Positions 11,816 to 25,700 of a stretch of DNA of 64,000 nucleotides are shown piece after piece. The notes below the pieces were generated by a model. That model had not been told where the DNA came from, did no database searches, and worked only from the letters and a program-made list of their open reading frames with translations. Source of the stretch: Leucoraja ocellata (Eukaryota); NCBI GenBank assembly GCA_036785375.1, contig JAWMAR010001182.1:1-64000 (forward strand), in the 5' to 3' direction. Positions within the stretch are counted from its first letter, which is position 1; the number at the start of each line of letters is the position of its first letter. Position numbers and translations under genes: made by a program.

Positions 11816-14191
11816 ATGAGTTGGAAGCGGCATTTGGAAGTTGAATATTATTATTATCCAATTCTGGCAGCAATCGGAGTACCCGGTAGGTCAAGGGAAC
11901 GCAGTAAGTGGGACTGAGACGTGGGATGAAGTGTTGATAAAGACAATGTTAAAGGTAAAGTGTAAATAGTGTGCGAAACACGGGAATGCTAGACTGCATT
12001 CTTCAGGTTAGGGCGGTATTAACTAGAAAATGTTTGTTTAAGAAATTACTGCAGTTGCTGGAGATAATCGAATCTAGACAAACATGCTGGAGAATTAGAC
12101 AGCGGGTGAAGCGGCATCTAGGAAGCGAAAGAATAGGTGACGTTTCGGGTCGAGACTGATCAGTCTGAAAAAGGGTCTCGACACGAAACGTCGCCTATTC
12201 CTTTGTTAAGCTACTTGTTCGTTGGTCGTTCATTGGATCTGGCACAGGTTAATTCTCTTCAGATTCAGGTTTAGGTGCATTGTTGTCATGTCTCTCTGGG
12301 AGCTGCAAAAAGCGATGGTTTGCAAGAAATCAAAATTAGATCAAATAATATTAAATAACAGTACAAACAATTCAATCTCAGTAACAGGTAGTGTAAAAGG
12401 GGAAATCGGAGTTCAGCGCGTAGTTCAAGTTTGGGAGCGCACTGCAGCGTATCACTTCCACAAAGCCCAATGTCCGCAAGGGGATATAGGTGAAACGGCA
12501 ATGCCCTGGCATATGGAAGAGCGGCTCAGAAGCCTGAGAACAGAGGGGGAGGAGCTGTTCTGGAGTCTGGTGGAGCGAGCTTTAAGCCTTCTCCATTTTC
12601 TGCCCGACGAGAGCAGGAAGTAGAAGGAATGAGCGGGGTGAAACATGTCTCCGTTTCCAAGGGATTGTGAAGTGCGAACGCAGTCAACAGTGCGGAGTCC
12701 ATTTCGTGATATGGACCCGGCGTCTTCCAGAACCCTGTGCAATTTATTCTTTATAGGGCATAGATGGACCCACAACAAGCTTTGTGCGGCACCGTTGTTG
12801 AGAATTATTGTGGAAGGGTGTTATCACTAATTCTCTCGGTTTATTCTTTAGGAAGTTGAGTATCCATTCGCAAGCTGGTGCACTGATCGCTGGGCTCTGG
12901 AGTTTATCAATGGGTTTGGATGGGAGTAGTGTTGAAGGCAAGTTCTCCAGCGGAGAAATGGGAACCCGACTTTCGACTCCTTGTTGGCCGGCTGTTCCCG
13001 GGAAGGGTTTAGGTCCAGGACGACGGCGTCTGATGCGGACATGTTGCTGCAATATGCAGTCTGCGGTGCATCACGGGTGGCTGGGAGACAGCTCACGCTA
13101 CCTGCGTAGACCGCTGCTAATTAATCCGCACAGCTCCTTGGCAAGCACCCAGGTTTGCATGTGGGCAGTTGTTTTCGAACAAATAAGCAAATCGTAACCA
13201 AGTTTGACCCCCGCCTCCAAATTTGCATCACGTGTCTCTTACATGTAACTACAGTTTCCTCTTTTCTACACCCGCAGTGAACTTGCTGGCAATTGTGATC
13301 CTGTCGCGCAGAAATTGTGGTCTCTCCAAATGCACCACTCGGTACCTGGTGGCCATGGCGACTGTGGACCTCTTGGTGATCGTCTGCGAAGTGATATTAA
13401 ATCGGATTGCCGACCTTTACTGGATGAAAACATTCCTCTTCCACAATACTGTGTGCAGGTTCATTATGTTCCTCGCTCCCGCGGCCGTTGCCTGTTCTGT
13501 TTGGCTCACGGTTGCTTTCACATTTGATCGCTTTGTGGCCATTTCCACTCAGACTCTGAGAACCAGATACTGCACTGAGAGAACCGCGCTGGTGGTTATA
13601 GTCACCCTAACTGCGTTCTTCTGTTTACAGAACGTCCCCTGGCCTTTTGCGTACAATTATTATTTCAGGGATCAGCAGGGTATACAGTGGGGTTGCCTAA
13701 TACGATATCAGTTTTATAGCCTATCCTCGTGGATAGCTTTTTCCTGGACTCAACAGCTGCTAGTCCCAGTCATTCCATTTTGTTTGATTATGCTGATGAA
13801 CGTGCTCACAGTCAGACGCATTTTAGTGGCCAGTCGTGTCCGCAGAAAACTCCGCGATCTCAGTAGTGAGGACCCCGAGATCGCAAACCGCAGACGGTCC
13901 GTAATTTTACTCCTTGCAATCTCTAGCAGTTTTATGCTGCTCTGGGGCACAAACGTAGCATATTTCGTTTTCTATCGAATTACGAATGCATTTATGTACA
14001 GGGGGTTCAAGAACCCATATGCAACATTTGATCAAACAGGAATTCTGCTACAACTGTTGAACACCTGCACAAACACGCTCATTTACACCGTGACACAGAG
14101 GAGGTTCAGACAGCATCTGCTCCAGGTACTCATGCACCCCTTCACCCTAACTGTAAGTTTAATAAAATCGAGAAAATCTGGTGTAAAATAA
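11816..14191 (+). CDS. GPR139/GPR142-like class A GPCR, copy 1; join(11816..11885,13278..14191), 327 aa
   Basis: Exon 1 ATG at 11816 encodes MSWKRHLEVEYYYYPILAAIGVP and ends in phase 1 at G|GTAGGT. The acceptor cttttctacacccgcAG at 13276-13277 restores GVPV-NLLAIVILSR. Seven hydrophobic segments with AMATVDL (TM2), TM3 Cys plus ECL2 WGC, FDRFVAI (DRY-like), SSFMLLW (TM6) and LNTCTNTLIY (TM7). Family call is from motif recognition, not a search. Confidence 0.92.
12260..13200 (-). mobile_element. Old Rex1/Babar-like LINE remnant filling most of the GPCR intron (all four copies)
   Basis: LLSSGRKWRRLKARSTRLQNSSSPSVLRLL and CEWILNFLKN resemble the Rex1 RT and C-terminal region. Confidence 0.6.
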
Positions 14192-14779
14192 CATTACAAA
14201 TCCTTGTGTGAGTAAGTGCAAAAACTAGGTAATGAAGGAGTTTTCTCTGAAATCTTTCCGCATCAATTTTCCAAAAAATAGCTTAGAAAATCAAGCTGAA
14301 CGCGCCCCTTGCACTGGAATGCACATTTGGCCATCTATTTAACATACGACACGGGCTCGTTGTTCAAAGTGCCCAATGGGAAGGGCGGCCATGTGGAACC
14401 GAGTGCTATGTTGTACTGGAGCAGACCTCCAATGATTCCGGAATTGAGCCTCGCCGTTAACTGTTTCCACATTCCTTTGAATCCAGCGGCAAAGTCTCCA
14501 GCACGTTATGAAAACAGACATAGTTATGGTCCTAAACATTGCATGCTCCATTACTCTACACTTCTTTGAGACGTTCCATGGTTACTTGTGTAAATGCCCA
14601 GTGCACCACTGTGTTCCATAAAATTACTGCTGCAACATTTACATTAATGAGAGTTCCATTTTATATTTGTTTCTCGCACTGAATGTAATGCATCGTTGCT
14701 TCTTACTGAGGTTTTCGGTTTCCATTGCAATTCTTAATTCTGCACCAGATGCAGGCAAAGGTAGTGGGTGCCGTTCAAA

Positions 14780-16780
14780 CTGCCACGCAGATTTGTTACA
14801 TCCGCAAACTTGCTAGTGTTGCTCCACATTCCCACTTCCAAATCATTAATATATGGTGAAAATTTGCGGCCCCAACACCGAGCATTGAGGCACTCCACTC
14901 GCCACTGCATGCCATTCTGAAAAGGACCCGTTCACCCCTACTCTTATCTTCATTTCTGCCAACCAATTTTCTATCCATGTCAACACCCTATTCCCAATAC
15001 CATGTGCTCTAATTTTAGTCACCAGTTTCCCGTGCGGCACCTTATCAAAGGCTTTCTGAAAGTCTAGATACTCTACATCCAATGGACCCCCTCCAACCAT
15101 TAACTTGTCACAACCTCAAAAAATTCCCGAAGATTAGTCAAGCGTGATTTCCCTTTCATAAATCTATGTATACTTGGACTAATCCTTTGCCTATCCAAAT
15201 GCCCCATTATTACCTCTTTATTAATTGACTCCAGCATCTTATCCACCACCGAAGTCAGGCTAACTGGTCTGTAATTCCCCGTTTTTTCTCTCGCTCCTTT
15301 CTTGAAAAGTGGGAAGACATAAATAATTTGGAAGACATAAATAATTTGCCGTAAATAGCAGGGGACCGGGGATCAAATAAGATGGAGGAACGGAGTGAAA
15401 TGCATGTTAGTCGGGAAGTGGTGTGATGTAAATTGAATGGATTAAAGGCCGATAAATCCCCAGGGCCAGATAGGTTGCATCAATGGATGTAGCCCCGGAA
15501 ACAGTGGATACATCAGTGATAATTTTTCAAAACTCTTCAGATTCTGTAGTAGTACCTGAGGATTGGAGGGTAGCCCCACTTTTTAAAAAGGGGTGGAGAG
15601 AGAAAACGGGGAATTACAGACAAGTTAGTCTAACATCGGTAGTGGGGAAACTGCTAGTCAGTTATTAAAGATGGGATAGCAGCACATTTGGAAAGTGGTG
15701 AAATCATTCGACAGTCAGCATGGATTTATGAAAGCTAAATCATGTCTGACGAATCTTATAGCATTTTTCGACGATGTAACTAGTAGAGTGGATAAGGGAG
15801 AACCAGTGGATGTGGTGTATCTAGACTTTCAGAAGGCTTTCGACAAGGTCCCACATAAGAGATTAGTACGCAAACGTAAAGCACACGGTATTGGGGGTTC
15901 AGTATTGATGTGGATAGATAACCTGCCGGCAAACAGGAAGCAAAGTGTAGGAGTAAACGGGTCCTTTTCAGAATGGCAGGCAGTGACTAGTGAGGTAACA
16001 CATGGCTCAGTGCTGGGACCCCAGCTATTTACTATATATATTAGTGATTTGGACGAGGGAATTAAATGCAACTTCTCCAAGTTCGTGGATCACACGAAGC
16101 TTGGGGGCTGTATTACTGTGAGGAGGATGCTAGGAGGCTGTAAGGTAACTTGGATAGGCTGCGCGAGTGGGCAAATCCATGACAGATGCAGTATAATGTG
16201 GATAACCATATAACAATATAACAATTACAGCACGTAAACAGGCCATCTCGACACTTCTAGTCCGTGCCGAACACATATTCTCCCCTAGTCCCACATACCT
16301 GCGCCCAGTCCAGAACCCTCCATTCCTTTCCCGTCCATATAACTATCCAATTTATTTTTAAATGATAATAACGAACCTGCCTCCACCACCTTCAGTGGAA
16401 GCTCATTCCACACAGCCACCACTCTCTGAGTAAAGAAGTTCCCCCTCATGTTACTCCTAAACTTCAGTCCCTTAATTCTCAAGTGATGTCCCCTTGTTTG
16501 AATCTTCCCTACTCTCAGTGGGAAAAGCGTGTCCACATCAACTCTCCCTATCCCTCTCATCATTTTAAAGACCTCTATCAAGTCCCCCTTAACCTTCCGC
16601 GCTCCCAATAATAAAGCCCAAACTTGTTCAACCTTCCTCTGTAACTTCGTTGCTGAAACCCAGGCAACATTCTAGTAAATCTCCTCGGTAGTCTCTCTAT
16701 TTTGTTGACATCCTTCCTATAATTAGGCGACCTAAATTGTACACCATACGCCGGAATTGGCCTCACCAATGTGAGGTTAA
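14780..16780. mobile_element. CR1 RT fragments with an internal inversion (minus 14780-15310, plus 15311-16205) and a nested CR1 3' fragment (minus 16205-16770)
   Basis: YLDFQKAFDKVPH and SGVPQGSVLGP motifs on both strands; the same inversion junction occurs at about 62400. Confidence 0.8.
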
Positions 16781-19700
16781 TGTGAGGTTATCCCCTTTGG
16801 TGGCAAAAGCAGGCAAGTAGACTATTATCTGAATGGTGGTCGATTAGGAAAAGGGGAGATGCAACGAGACCTGGGTGTCATGGTACACTAGTCACTGAAA
16901 GTAGGCATGCAGGCGCAGCAGGCAGTGAAGAAAGCGAATAGTATGTTGGCATTCATAGCTAAAAGGTTTTGAGTATAGGAGCAGGGAGGTTCTACTGCAG
17001 CTGTACAGGGCCTTGGTGACACCACACCTGGAGTATTCCGTACAGTTTTGGTCTCCTAATCGGATGAAAGATATTCTTGCCATAGAGGGAGCACAGAGAA
17101 GGTTCACCACACTGATTGGTGGTATGGCAGGACTTCCATATGAAGCACGACTGGATAGACTCGGCTTGCACTCGCTAAAATTTGGAAGATTGAGGGGGGA
17201 TCTTATAGAAACATACAACATTCATAACGGGTTGGACAGGCTAGAATGTTCCCGATTTTGGGGAGTCCAGAACAAGGTTGTCACAGTTTAAGGATGAGGA
17301 GGAAGTATTTTAGGACCGAGATGAGAAAAAAAATCAATCTGAGAGCAGTGAATCTGTGTAATTCTCTGCCACAAAAAGTAATCGAGGTCAGTTCATTGGC
17401 TATATTTAAGAGGGAGTTGGATGTGGCCCTTGTGGCTAAAGGGGTCTGGGGGTATGGAGTGAAGGCAGGTACAGGATACTGAGTTGGATGTTCAGCCATG
17501 GTCATATTGAATGGCGGTGCAGGCTGGAAGGGCCGAATGGCCTACTGCACATATTTTATATGTTTCTATGTTACTATAACATTAGCTATACTTCCATCCA
17601 CAGGAACTGACCCTGAATCTATTGAACATTGGACAATGGTCACCACTGCGTCCACTATTTGTAGAGCCACCTCCCTGAGGATCCTGGGATGCAGACTATC
17701 AGACCCAGGGAATTTATCATCCTTCCGTCCCATTAGCCTACCCAATTCTATTTCTCGCCTAAATAAATTTGATTTCAGTTCCTCTACCCCCTTAGATCAT
17801 CTGTCCTCCAGTACACCTGGGAGATTGTTTGTGTATTCTTCGGTGAAGACAGATCCGAGGTACCAGTTCAACTATTCTGCCATTTCATTATTACTCATAA
17901 TAATTTCACCCCTATCTGTCTTCAAGAGACCCACATTTGACTTTGCTACTCTTTTCCCCGTAACATATCTAAAGAAGCTTTTATAGTCCCTCCTGATATT
18001 CTTGGCCAACTTCCCCTCACACTTCATCGTTTCAGCCCCTATTGCACGCTTTGTTTCCTTCTGTTGCCCTATGAACGTTTCCCAATCGAATGGCTTATGG
18101 CTACTTTTTGCGGTGCTATACATCTTTTCTTTGAATTTTATTCTATTCTGAACTTCTCTTGTCAGCCGCGTTGCCTCCTACTCCCCTTACAATCTTTCTT
18201 CCTTTTTCGAATGAAATTATCCTGCGTCTTCCGGATTATGCCCAAACATTCCTGCCATTGCTGTTCCATCGTCATTCCTGCTAGGATGCCTTTCCGGTCT
18301 ACCTTGGACAGCTCCTTTCTCATGCCTTCATAATCCCCTTTGTTCAACTACATCACTGACATTTCCGATTTAATCTTCTTCTTCTCAAAATGCAGATTAA
18401 AACTAATCATATTATGATCACTACCTCCAAACGGTTCCTTACCTCGAGTTCTCTTATCATATCTGGTTGATTGGAGAACACTAAATCTAGAATTCTCTGG
18501 TCGGCTCCATTACAAGCTGCTATAATAACCCATCTCGGATGCACCAGAGTGGCATTACCTTAGTTACATGCCCGTTTTAACTCCTGCTGCAACTTACACG
18601 CTACATCCGTGCTACTATTTGGGGGTCTGTAGATAACACCAATTAGTGTCTTCTTGCCTTTACAATTCTTACAATGCAGCCACGTGTCAGTAATCCCCAC
18701 AATGTCATATCTACCAACCACTAACTGAGCCTCAAGCTCATCTACTTTACTTCTGATACCTTGCGCATTCATATGCAATACATTTAATTCCTTACGCATC
18801 TCACCTTTCACATCGATCCCTATTACACTTGGCCATAGACTCCTATCCCCTTGTGAGTTTTCTTTCCCGTTAATTCTGGGGGTCATTAACTATCCATTTA
18901 CTCTTTTTCCCTTTAACTCTGTCCTTGCTTATCCCATTTGACCCCCCCCCCCCCTTAGTCAGTTTAAAACCACCAGTGTAGCAGTGTCAAACCTGCCTGC
19001 CAGAATGCTAGTGTCCCACCTGATAAAGTGTAATCAGTCCCTTTTGTACAGTTCCCCCTTACTCCAAAATATCCCAGTGATCTAAGAATCTAAATCCCTG
19101 CCCCCTGCACCAGGTCCTCAGCCACGCATTCAGGACCTGTATCTCTCTGTTCCTGCTCTCGCCAGCACGAGGAACTGGAAGCAACCCGGAGATAACAACC
19201 CTGGAGGTCCTGCGCTTCAGCAATTTTCCGAGCTCTCTCAAGTCACGCTAAAGAATATTCATCCCGTTCTTTCCGACATCGTTTGTGCCGATATGTACAA
19301 TTAAGGGACAGAAGTTTAGGGGTAACATGAGGGGGAACTTCTTTACTCAGAGAGTGGTGGCTGTGTGGAATGAGCTTCCAGTGAAGGTGGTAGAGGCAGG
19401 TTCATTTTTTATATTTTAAATATAAATTGGATAGTTATATGGACGGGAAAGGAATGGAGGGGTATGGTCTGAGCGCAGGTATATGGGACTAGGGGAGAAT
19501 ACGTGTTCGGCATGGACTAGAAGGGTCGAGATGGCCTGTTTCCGTGCTGTAATTGTTATACGGTTATATGGTTATATGCACTACCACTTCCGGCTATTCA
19601 CCTACGCCCTTGAGGATTTTCTGCTCTGTGTCCGTGACAACCTGGATCCTGGCATCAGGGAGGCAACGCTCCATCATCGAACCTCGTCTGTTGCCGCAGG

Positions 19701-22700
19701 AACCCCTGTCCGTACCTCTCACAATGGAATCTCCAACTACCACGGCGTTCCCTGACGTCGGCCTCTTTGGTTTTGGCTCAACAGCACCTTTTGCTTCGCA
19801 AGCCAGTCCACCGCTCAGTGTTTAACGTCTTCTGTCCCGACAGCTTCTAAGTGGGTGAGCCTGTTCTCAAGAGGTACAATACCCGGGGACCTTTGCATTC
19901 CATGTCTCCTTCCCTTTCTCACTGTCACCCACCTTCTCTCCTCCAGTACCTTAGAAACACAGAAACATAGAAACATAGAACATAGGTGCAGCAGTAGGCT
20001 ATTCGGCCCTTCGAGCCTGCACCGCCATTCAATATGATCATGACTGATCATCCAACTCTGTATCCCATACCTGACTTCTCTCCATACCTCCTGATCCCTT
20101 TAGCCACAAGGGCCACATCTAACTCCCTCTTAAATATAGCCAATGACCTGGCCTGAATCACCTTCTGTGGCAGAGAATTCCACAGATTCGCCACTCTGTG
20201 TAAAACATTTTCTCCTCTCGGACCTAGGTTTAGTTAGCTGCAGCAAAAAATGGAGAATGATGAAATACATTTTTATAGATATATAAACTGATAACAAAAG
20301 TATTTTGGGGACAAAATGTGTTTTGCTTGAGCTGCTTGAGCCAGTTGTGATCTCCATTGGGATCAATGTCCATTTGTGACGTGACGCCACTTTCCATAGC
20401 AATCTGTTCTGAACTGGATTTACCAACAAACTCTGCATCCATCGTATCCAGCCGCCACGCCTCCAACTGAATGGCAATAGCTCTACTATTCCGGTCCTCG
20501 ACTCTTCCCCCTGATCACACTATGCTTCTCTAAACCCATCTCTGATTGCTCATGTAAGCACTCAGGTTACAAATCTGCTTAATATAATGAGTTTACAATG
20601 TACATTAAAGATTCACTCTTCACCAGTTGCAACCAACGGCGGCGTACGGTGTTTATATAAGGAAGGGAATCTAATTATATTTTAAGGAAGCAGAGTCTAG
20701 GGCGGCAAAGCGAAGTCGCCCAATTATAGGAAGGATGTCAACAACATAGAGAAAGTACAGAGGAGATTTACTAGAATGTTGCCTGGGTTTCAACAACTAC
20801 GTTACAGAGAAAGGTTGAATAAGTTAGGTCTTTATTCTCTGGCGCGCAGAAGGCTAAGGGGGGACTTGATAGTGGTCGTTAAAATGATGAGAGGGATAGA
20901 CAGAGTTGATGTGGACAAGCTTTTCCCTTTGAGAATAGGGACGATTCAAACAAGAGGACATGACTTCAGAATTAAGGGATAGAAGTTTAGGGGTAATATG
21001 AGGGGGAACCTCTTTACTCAGTGAGTGGTAGCTGTGTGGAATGAGCTTCCAGTGGAAGTGGTGGAGGCAGGTTCTTTGGTATAATTTAAAAATAAATTGG
21101 ATAGGCATATGGATGAGAAGGGAATGGAGGGTTATGGTATGAGTGCAGGCAGGTAGAACTAAGGGAAAATAATTGTTCGGCACGGACTTGTAGGGCCGGG
21201 ATGGCCTGTTTCCATGCTGTAATTGTTATTTGGAGAAGGTTCGCGTTTGTGATTGGTCATAGAGCAAATTGGTCTGGCATTTATCTCCCAAGCCATTACC
21301 CCAGCGCAGACGCTGCAGTTCTGCAGATGCAAAGTGTTGACAATGAAAACAAGGGGAAACAGCTTGAAAGGATGATTCTCGGACTCGTGTGCATCGTGCG
21401 TAGAACTCCGCAGTTGGGAAGACATTGAGAATGATGGAAGAGGCTTCCAATTAAAATGTAACTGATTACGAAAAACAAGGAATCTTTCTGCTGTTAGTGC
21501 CAGCTAAGATATTTATGAGGATTAGGGTTGATTGGTGACTTTTGACTTGGCGGCAACTTCTGCACAAATCTTTCCATAACATTATTTACAATCAAACCCT
21601 CCATACTTTGAATCCAACAGCCAAGCCTTCAGCTCTCAATGCCAATAGGTCCACAATTCCGTTCCACAGCCGTTCCATCACTGTTTCCTTTTTGCGGCCA
21701 TCTATTTTCCATGTAAGTACCCAGACCACAATTCTCGATTCACATCTTGTAAACTGCTTCTCCTACCTTTGTGCAATAATATGCATATAAACACATATAT
21801 TTCGTTTGGGGGTACAGCGCGGAAACAGGCCCCTCGGCTCACAAAGTCCGCGTTGATCAGCGATTCCCGCACACTAACACAATTCTGCGCACTGGAGATA
21901 TTTTACAATTTTTCCGAAACTACAAACTGATACGTCTTTGGAGTATTCGAGGAGACCAGGATAAAACGCTTCTTGGAGAACGGACAACTCGTCACGCGGA
22001 TAACGGACAAGCGCCGTGCAGGCAACAACCGTGGTCAGGATCAAACCCGGATCTCTGGCTGTTTCGGACAGCACACTACCGCTGCGGCGCGTGGCCTCCG
22101 TCCCCGTTCTGCAGCGGGCGAATCAGTCATACCGGGCCAGTCATCAGTAATAGGCGATTGAGGTCTGGCCTAGCCGGTGATACTCTGTCGGCGGTGGGCT
22201 GCCTACTGCTGGGTTTGGCCGCGGCTAGATCGCATTTGTCCGCGCGATGGCCACATTCGAAACACATGCAGGTTTGCCGTTTAATTGGTCTCTGTAATTG
22301 TTCCTGTGTGCAGGAGAGAGGCTGTGTGCGGGTACTTGTTGGACGGCGCGGACGTGATGGAGCGAATGGACAGTTTTCACTCTGTAAACTAAACTTAAGG
22401 AAACTCAATTAATGTATTATAGTTCATTTTATAATTCGCTCTCTTCTGAAACGACTCGAGGTTAGATTGTTTTCCTTTCAAAGTCATTATCGTGTAACTG
22501 AAATGTAACTAGCAGATGGAAGAGTTGTCACCGGAAGTAAAGATAATGATATGTTTCTGTCTTCCTCTTCACACTTCTTTATTCTTCCACGTACTTTTTA
22601 GACAGAAAGAACAACAGATGAAAAACTATTTTGGTCTCAACACGAATCCTATTAAATCGGAGACAAAAATATATGCGGGATTGATTCGAGTTTATCAAGA

Positions 22701-25700
22701 GCACCTTGGTTCGCATTGAATAATTAAAATTATTGAAACATAATCTCTTGCTTGTTTCATATTGCTCAGATTCAATTTTTAATTTAATTGTCATTGTCAG
22801 TGTACAGTACAGAGACAACGAAATGCATGAAATGCTCGTGTTGACAGTGGTTCAACAACGAAGACATATCCACCTGGTGAACTTGGCCAACACATTCCTA
22901 AGTATTCATAATGTGAGTGTTAATAATAAATAGATTTTGGACTAAATCGACTAAACCTGGTGTTTTTATTCCAGTATTGAAATAAGTTGCGCAACTTCTG
23001 GGGCAGATAAATCCTCGGTAACCCGTCATGGTCAATGTGTATCTGCAACAACAGAGGTGCAGCTGTAGAAACGCTCCAGAATATGACAGTGCCCCAATGC
23101 TTTATTTCATCGAATCTGCTTTTTAACGTTAGGACCAAACTCTCTCTTCAGTACATTAATGTATTTTTATTGCTAATATTATGCCAATCTCCGTTCAGTC
23201 ACCATTCAAATACACTTTACTAATTGCACCTGGTGAATTCCGTTTTGTAGAAAAATAAATAGCCTTGAACATTAAACTTATTTTTCACCTTAAAACTGCT
23301 GCCTTGCCGCTGGAGATTTATTTCATTTTCTGTGCAGTTGTACATGTTTAGTATCTGCGGTAGTTTGTATTTTATTAAACTACGCCCTATTGCAGCTGGT
23401 CCAAATTCGGCGCATGTTCTGCTGTATAAGCCAAACATGCATGGTACAGCCATTGCCTGAAAATAAAATACTTCGTTTTATAGCAGGCACAATCACTGTT
23501 CACAATCACTGCACCACTTCGGACTTCCTGTAGCCATTGTGAAATTAATACCAAACTTCCTAAACCTGGTCCAGACACTGTCTGTTTTGGAACTTAGAAC
23601 ATAGAACATACAGCAAAAGATCGTTCAGTTTAGTTTATTGCCTCGTGTACCGAGGTACATTGGAAAGCTTTTGTTGCGTGCTATCCAGTCAGCAGAAAGA
23701 CAACACATGATTGTAATCGAGCCATTCGCAGTATTAAAGATACATGATAATGGAACAAGGTTTAATACAAGGTGAAGCCAGCATAGCCCGATCAAACATG
23801 GTGCTCGGGTCAGCATTTAGATAGATCAGTTGAAGAACAGATTTTTAGTTCACAATGTTCCTGTCGACCCGATAACAAGACCAGCTCCGAACTATCTGCG
23901 CGTAATCAATATCCTTCCTTTCCCTGCAGAATCATATCTCCATCCAAAACTATTTCACATTCTACTATCGTATCCGCCTTAACCAGCAGCGCGTTATATA
24001 CACTCGCCACACTTTGTGTAAAACGTAGCGCCGCACATTTTCTTTAAATGTTGCCCTTCTTAGCATAAAGCTGTGCCCTCTTCGATACATTATTTCCATT
24101 CTGGGAAAATCAAAGTTCTGACAATCCACCGGGTCTCATAAGTTTACATAACTCAACCAGTTGTCCCTGCAATCTTCGACGTTCCAGAGGGATAAAAATC
24201 CAAATATGACCAATCTCTCCCTGTATCTAATACCCGCTAATCCAGCCAGCATGCGCAACTGAGCAACTGCGGCTGTAAAACGCGCTGTTCTTATTAAGTT
24301 TCTCCATCTTGCTGAATTGGCAAAGTCATTCACTAATGGCCTTGTTGCCGGTCACCAGTTTGTGCAGCGTTGTAGTTTAGTTAATTTACATTAGTTTGGT
24401 GGAGTTAAAGTAACCTAAACAAATACAATTACAAAAACAATACTATACAAAAAACAAAACAAATGAATGACCAGGTACACTACACCCACTGGCTCTCCCT
24501 TGTCCATTTTCCTACTACCATCCTTAAACAAAATCCAGAAGATTAGTCAAGTATGATTTCCCCTTCGTAAATCCATGCTGACTCGGACCGATCCTGTCAC
24601 TGCTATCCAAATGTGCCGCTATTTCGTCTTTTTATAATTGATTCCAGCATCTTCCCCACCACCGATGTCAGGCTAACTGATCTATAATTCCCTGTTTTCT
24701 CTCTCCCGCCATTCTTAAAAAGTGCGATAACATTTGCTACCCTACAATCCACAGGAACTGATCCTGAATCTATGGAACATTATAAAATTATCACCAATGC
24801 AACCACGAATTCTAGAGCCATTTCCTTAAGAGCCCTGGGATGCAGACTATCAGGCCTTTGGGATTTATCAGCCTTCAGTCCCATCAGTCTACCCAACACC
24901 ATTTCATGCCTAATGTGGATGTATTTCAGTTCCTTCGTCACCCATATCCTCTGGCCACTACTACATCAGGAACATTGTTTGTGTCCTCCTTAGTGAAGAC
25001 GGATCCAACGTACCTGTTCAACTCGTCTGCCATTTCCTTGTACCCCATAATAAATTCATTTTTTCCGTCTTCAAGGGTCCAGTCTTCAAGGATGTAGTTG
25101 AGGCAGGTACTGTCGCAACGTTTAAGAAATAATGCGACAAGTACATGGATAAGATATGTTCAGAGGAATATGGGCCACTCGTAGACAGGTGTGGTGTGCA
25201 GATGGGGGACATTGGTCATCGTGGGCAGGTTGTGCCGGAGGACTATTTTTCACGATGTATGACACTAGAACTCTATGCCAAGATCGAAGAACAACAAGTC
25301 ACTTTCCGCTTGTGCAAGGCACACGTTTCTGGAGTTAACATCCGAGTCTTCAACGTTACTAAATCTATCTTTCTGCTAATTTGGAAGAACATTCGGCAGA
25401 TCGACGTCTGTCTTGATTATATTGTCTCTCGTTGTAACGTCCACAACGTGAAATGTCAATTCGCCACATCGTTCGTTCCAGAGAATTGAAATATCCTGAC
25501 CTATACAGTCTCTCTCGGAATTGAACGTCTCCAGTCCTGGCAAAAACGTTGTCGTTAATTCGCTGCCACTCCCCAGATTAATGGTATCAATGCGAACATA
25601 TTGCGATCTGGAGAACATCGCACGTGCGGTCTCGCCAACGTCCCAGACCAGATTGTTAAACTCCACTTATACCCAACTGCGTGCGACTCCAGCAGTGAAA

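Noticed and set aside
13315-13950. Overlapping alternative-frame and antisense ORFs recurring in the GPCR copies
   Set aside because: Short shadow frames conserved only because the paralogs are recent; the +1 ORF is not listed for copy 4.
25376-25666. Minus-strand ORF with GSGSELTTT, resembling an Ig light-chain FR3 or an NTase motif
   Set aside because: At DNA level it aligns to degraded CR1 RT 3' sequence (ALVRPH... region); no Cys/Trp/YYC pattern or RSS.
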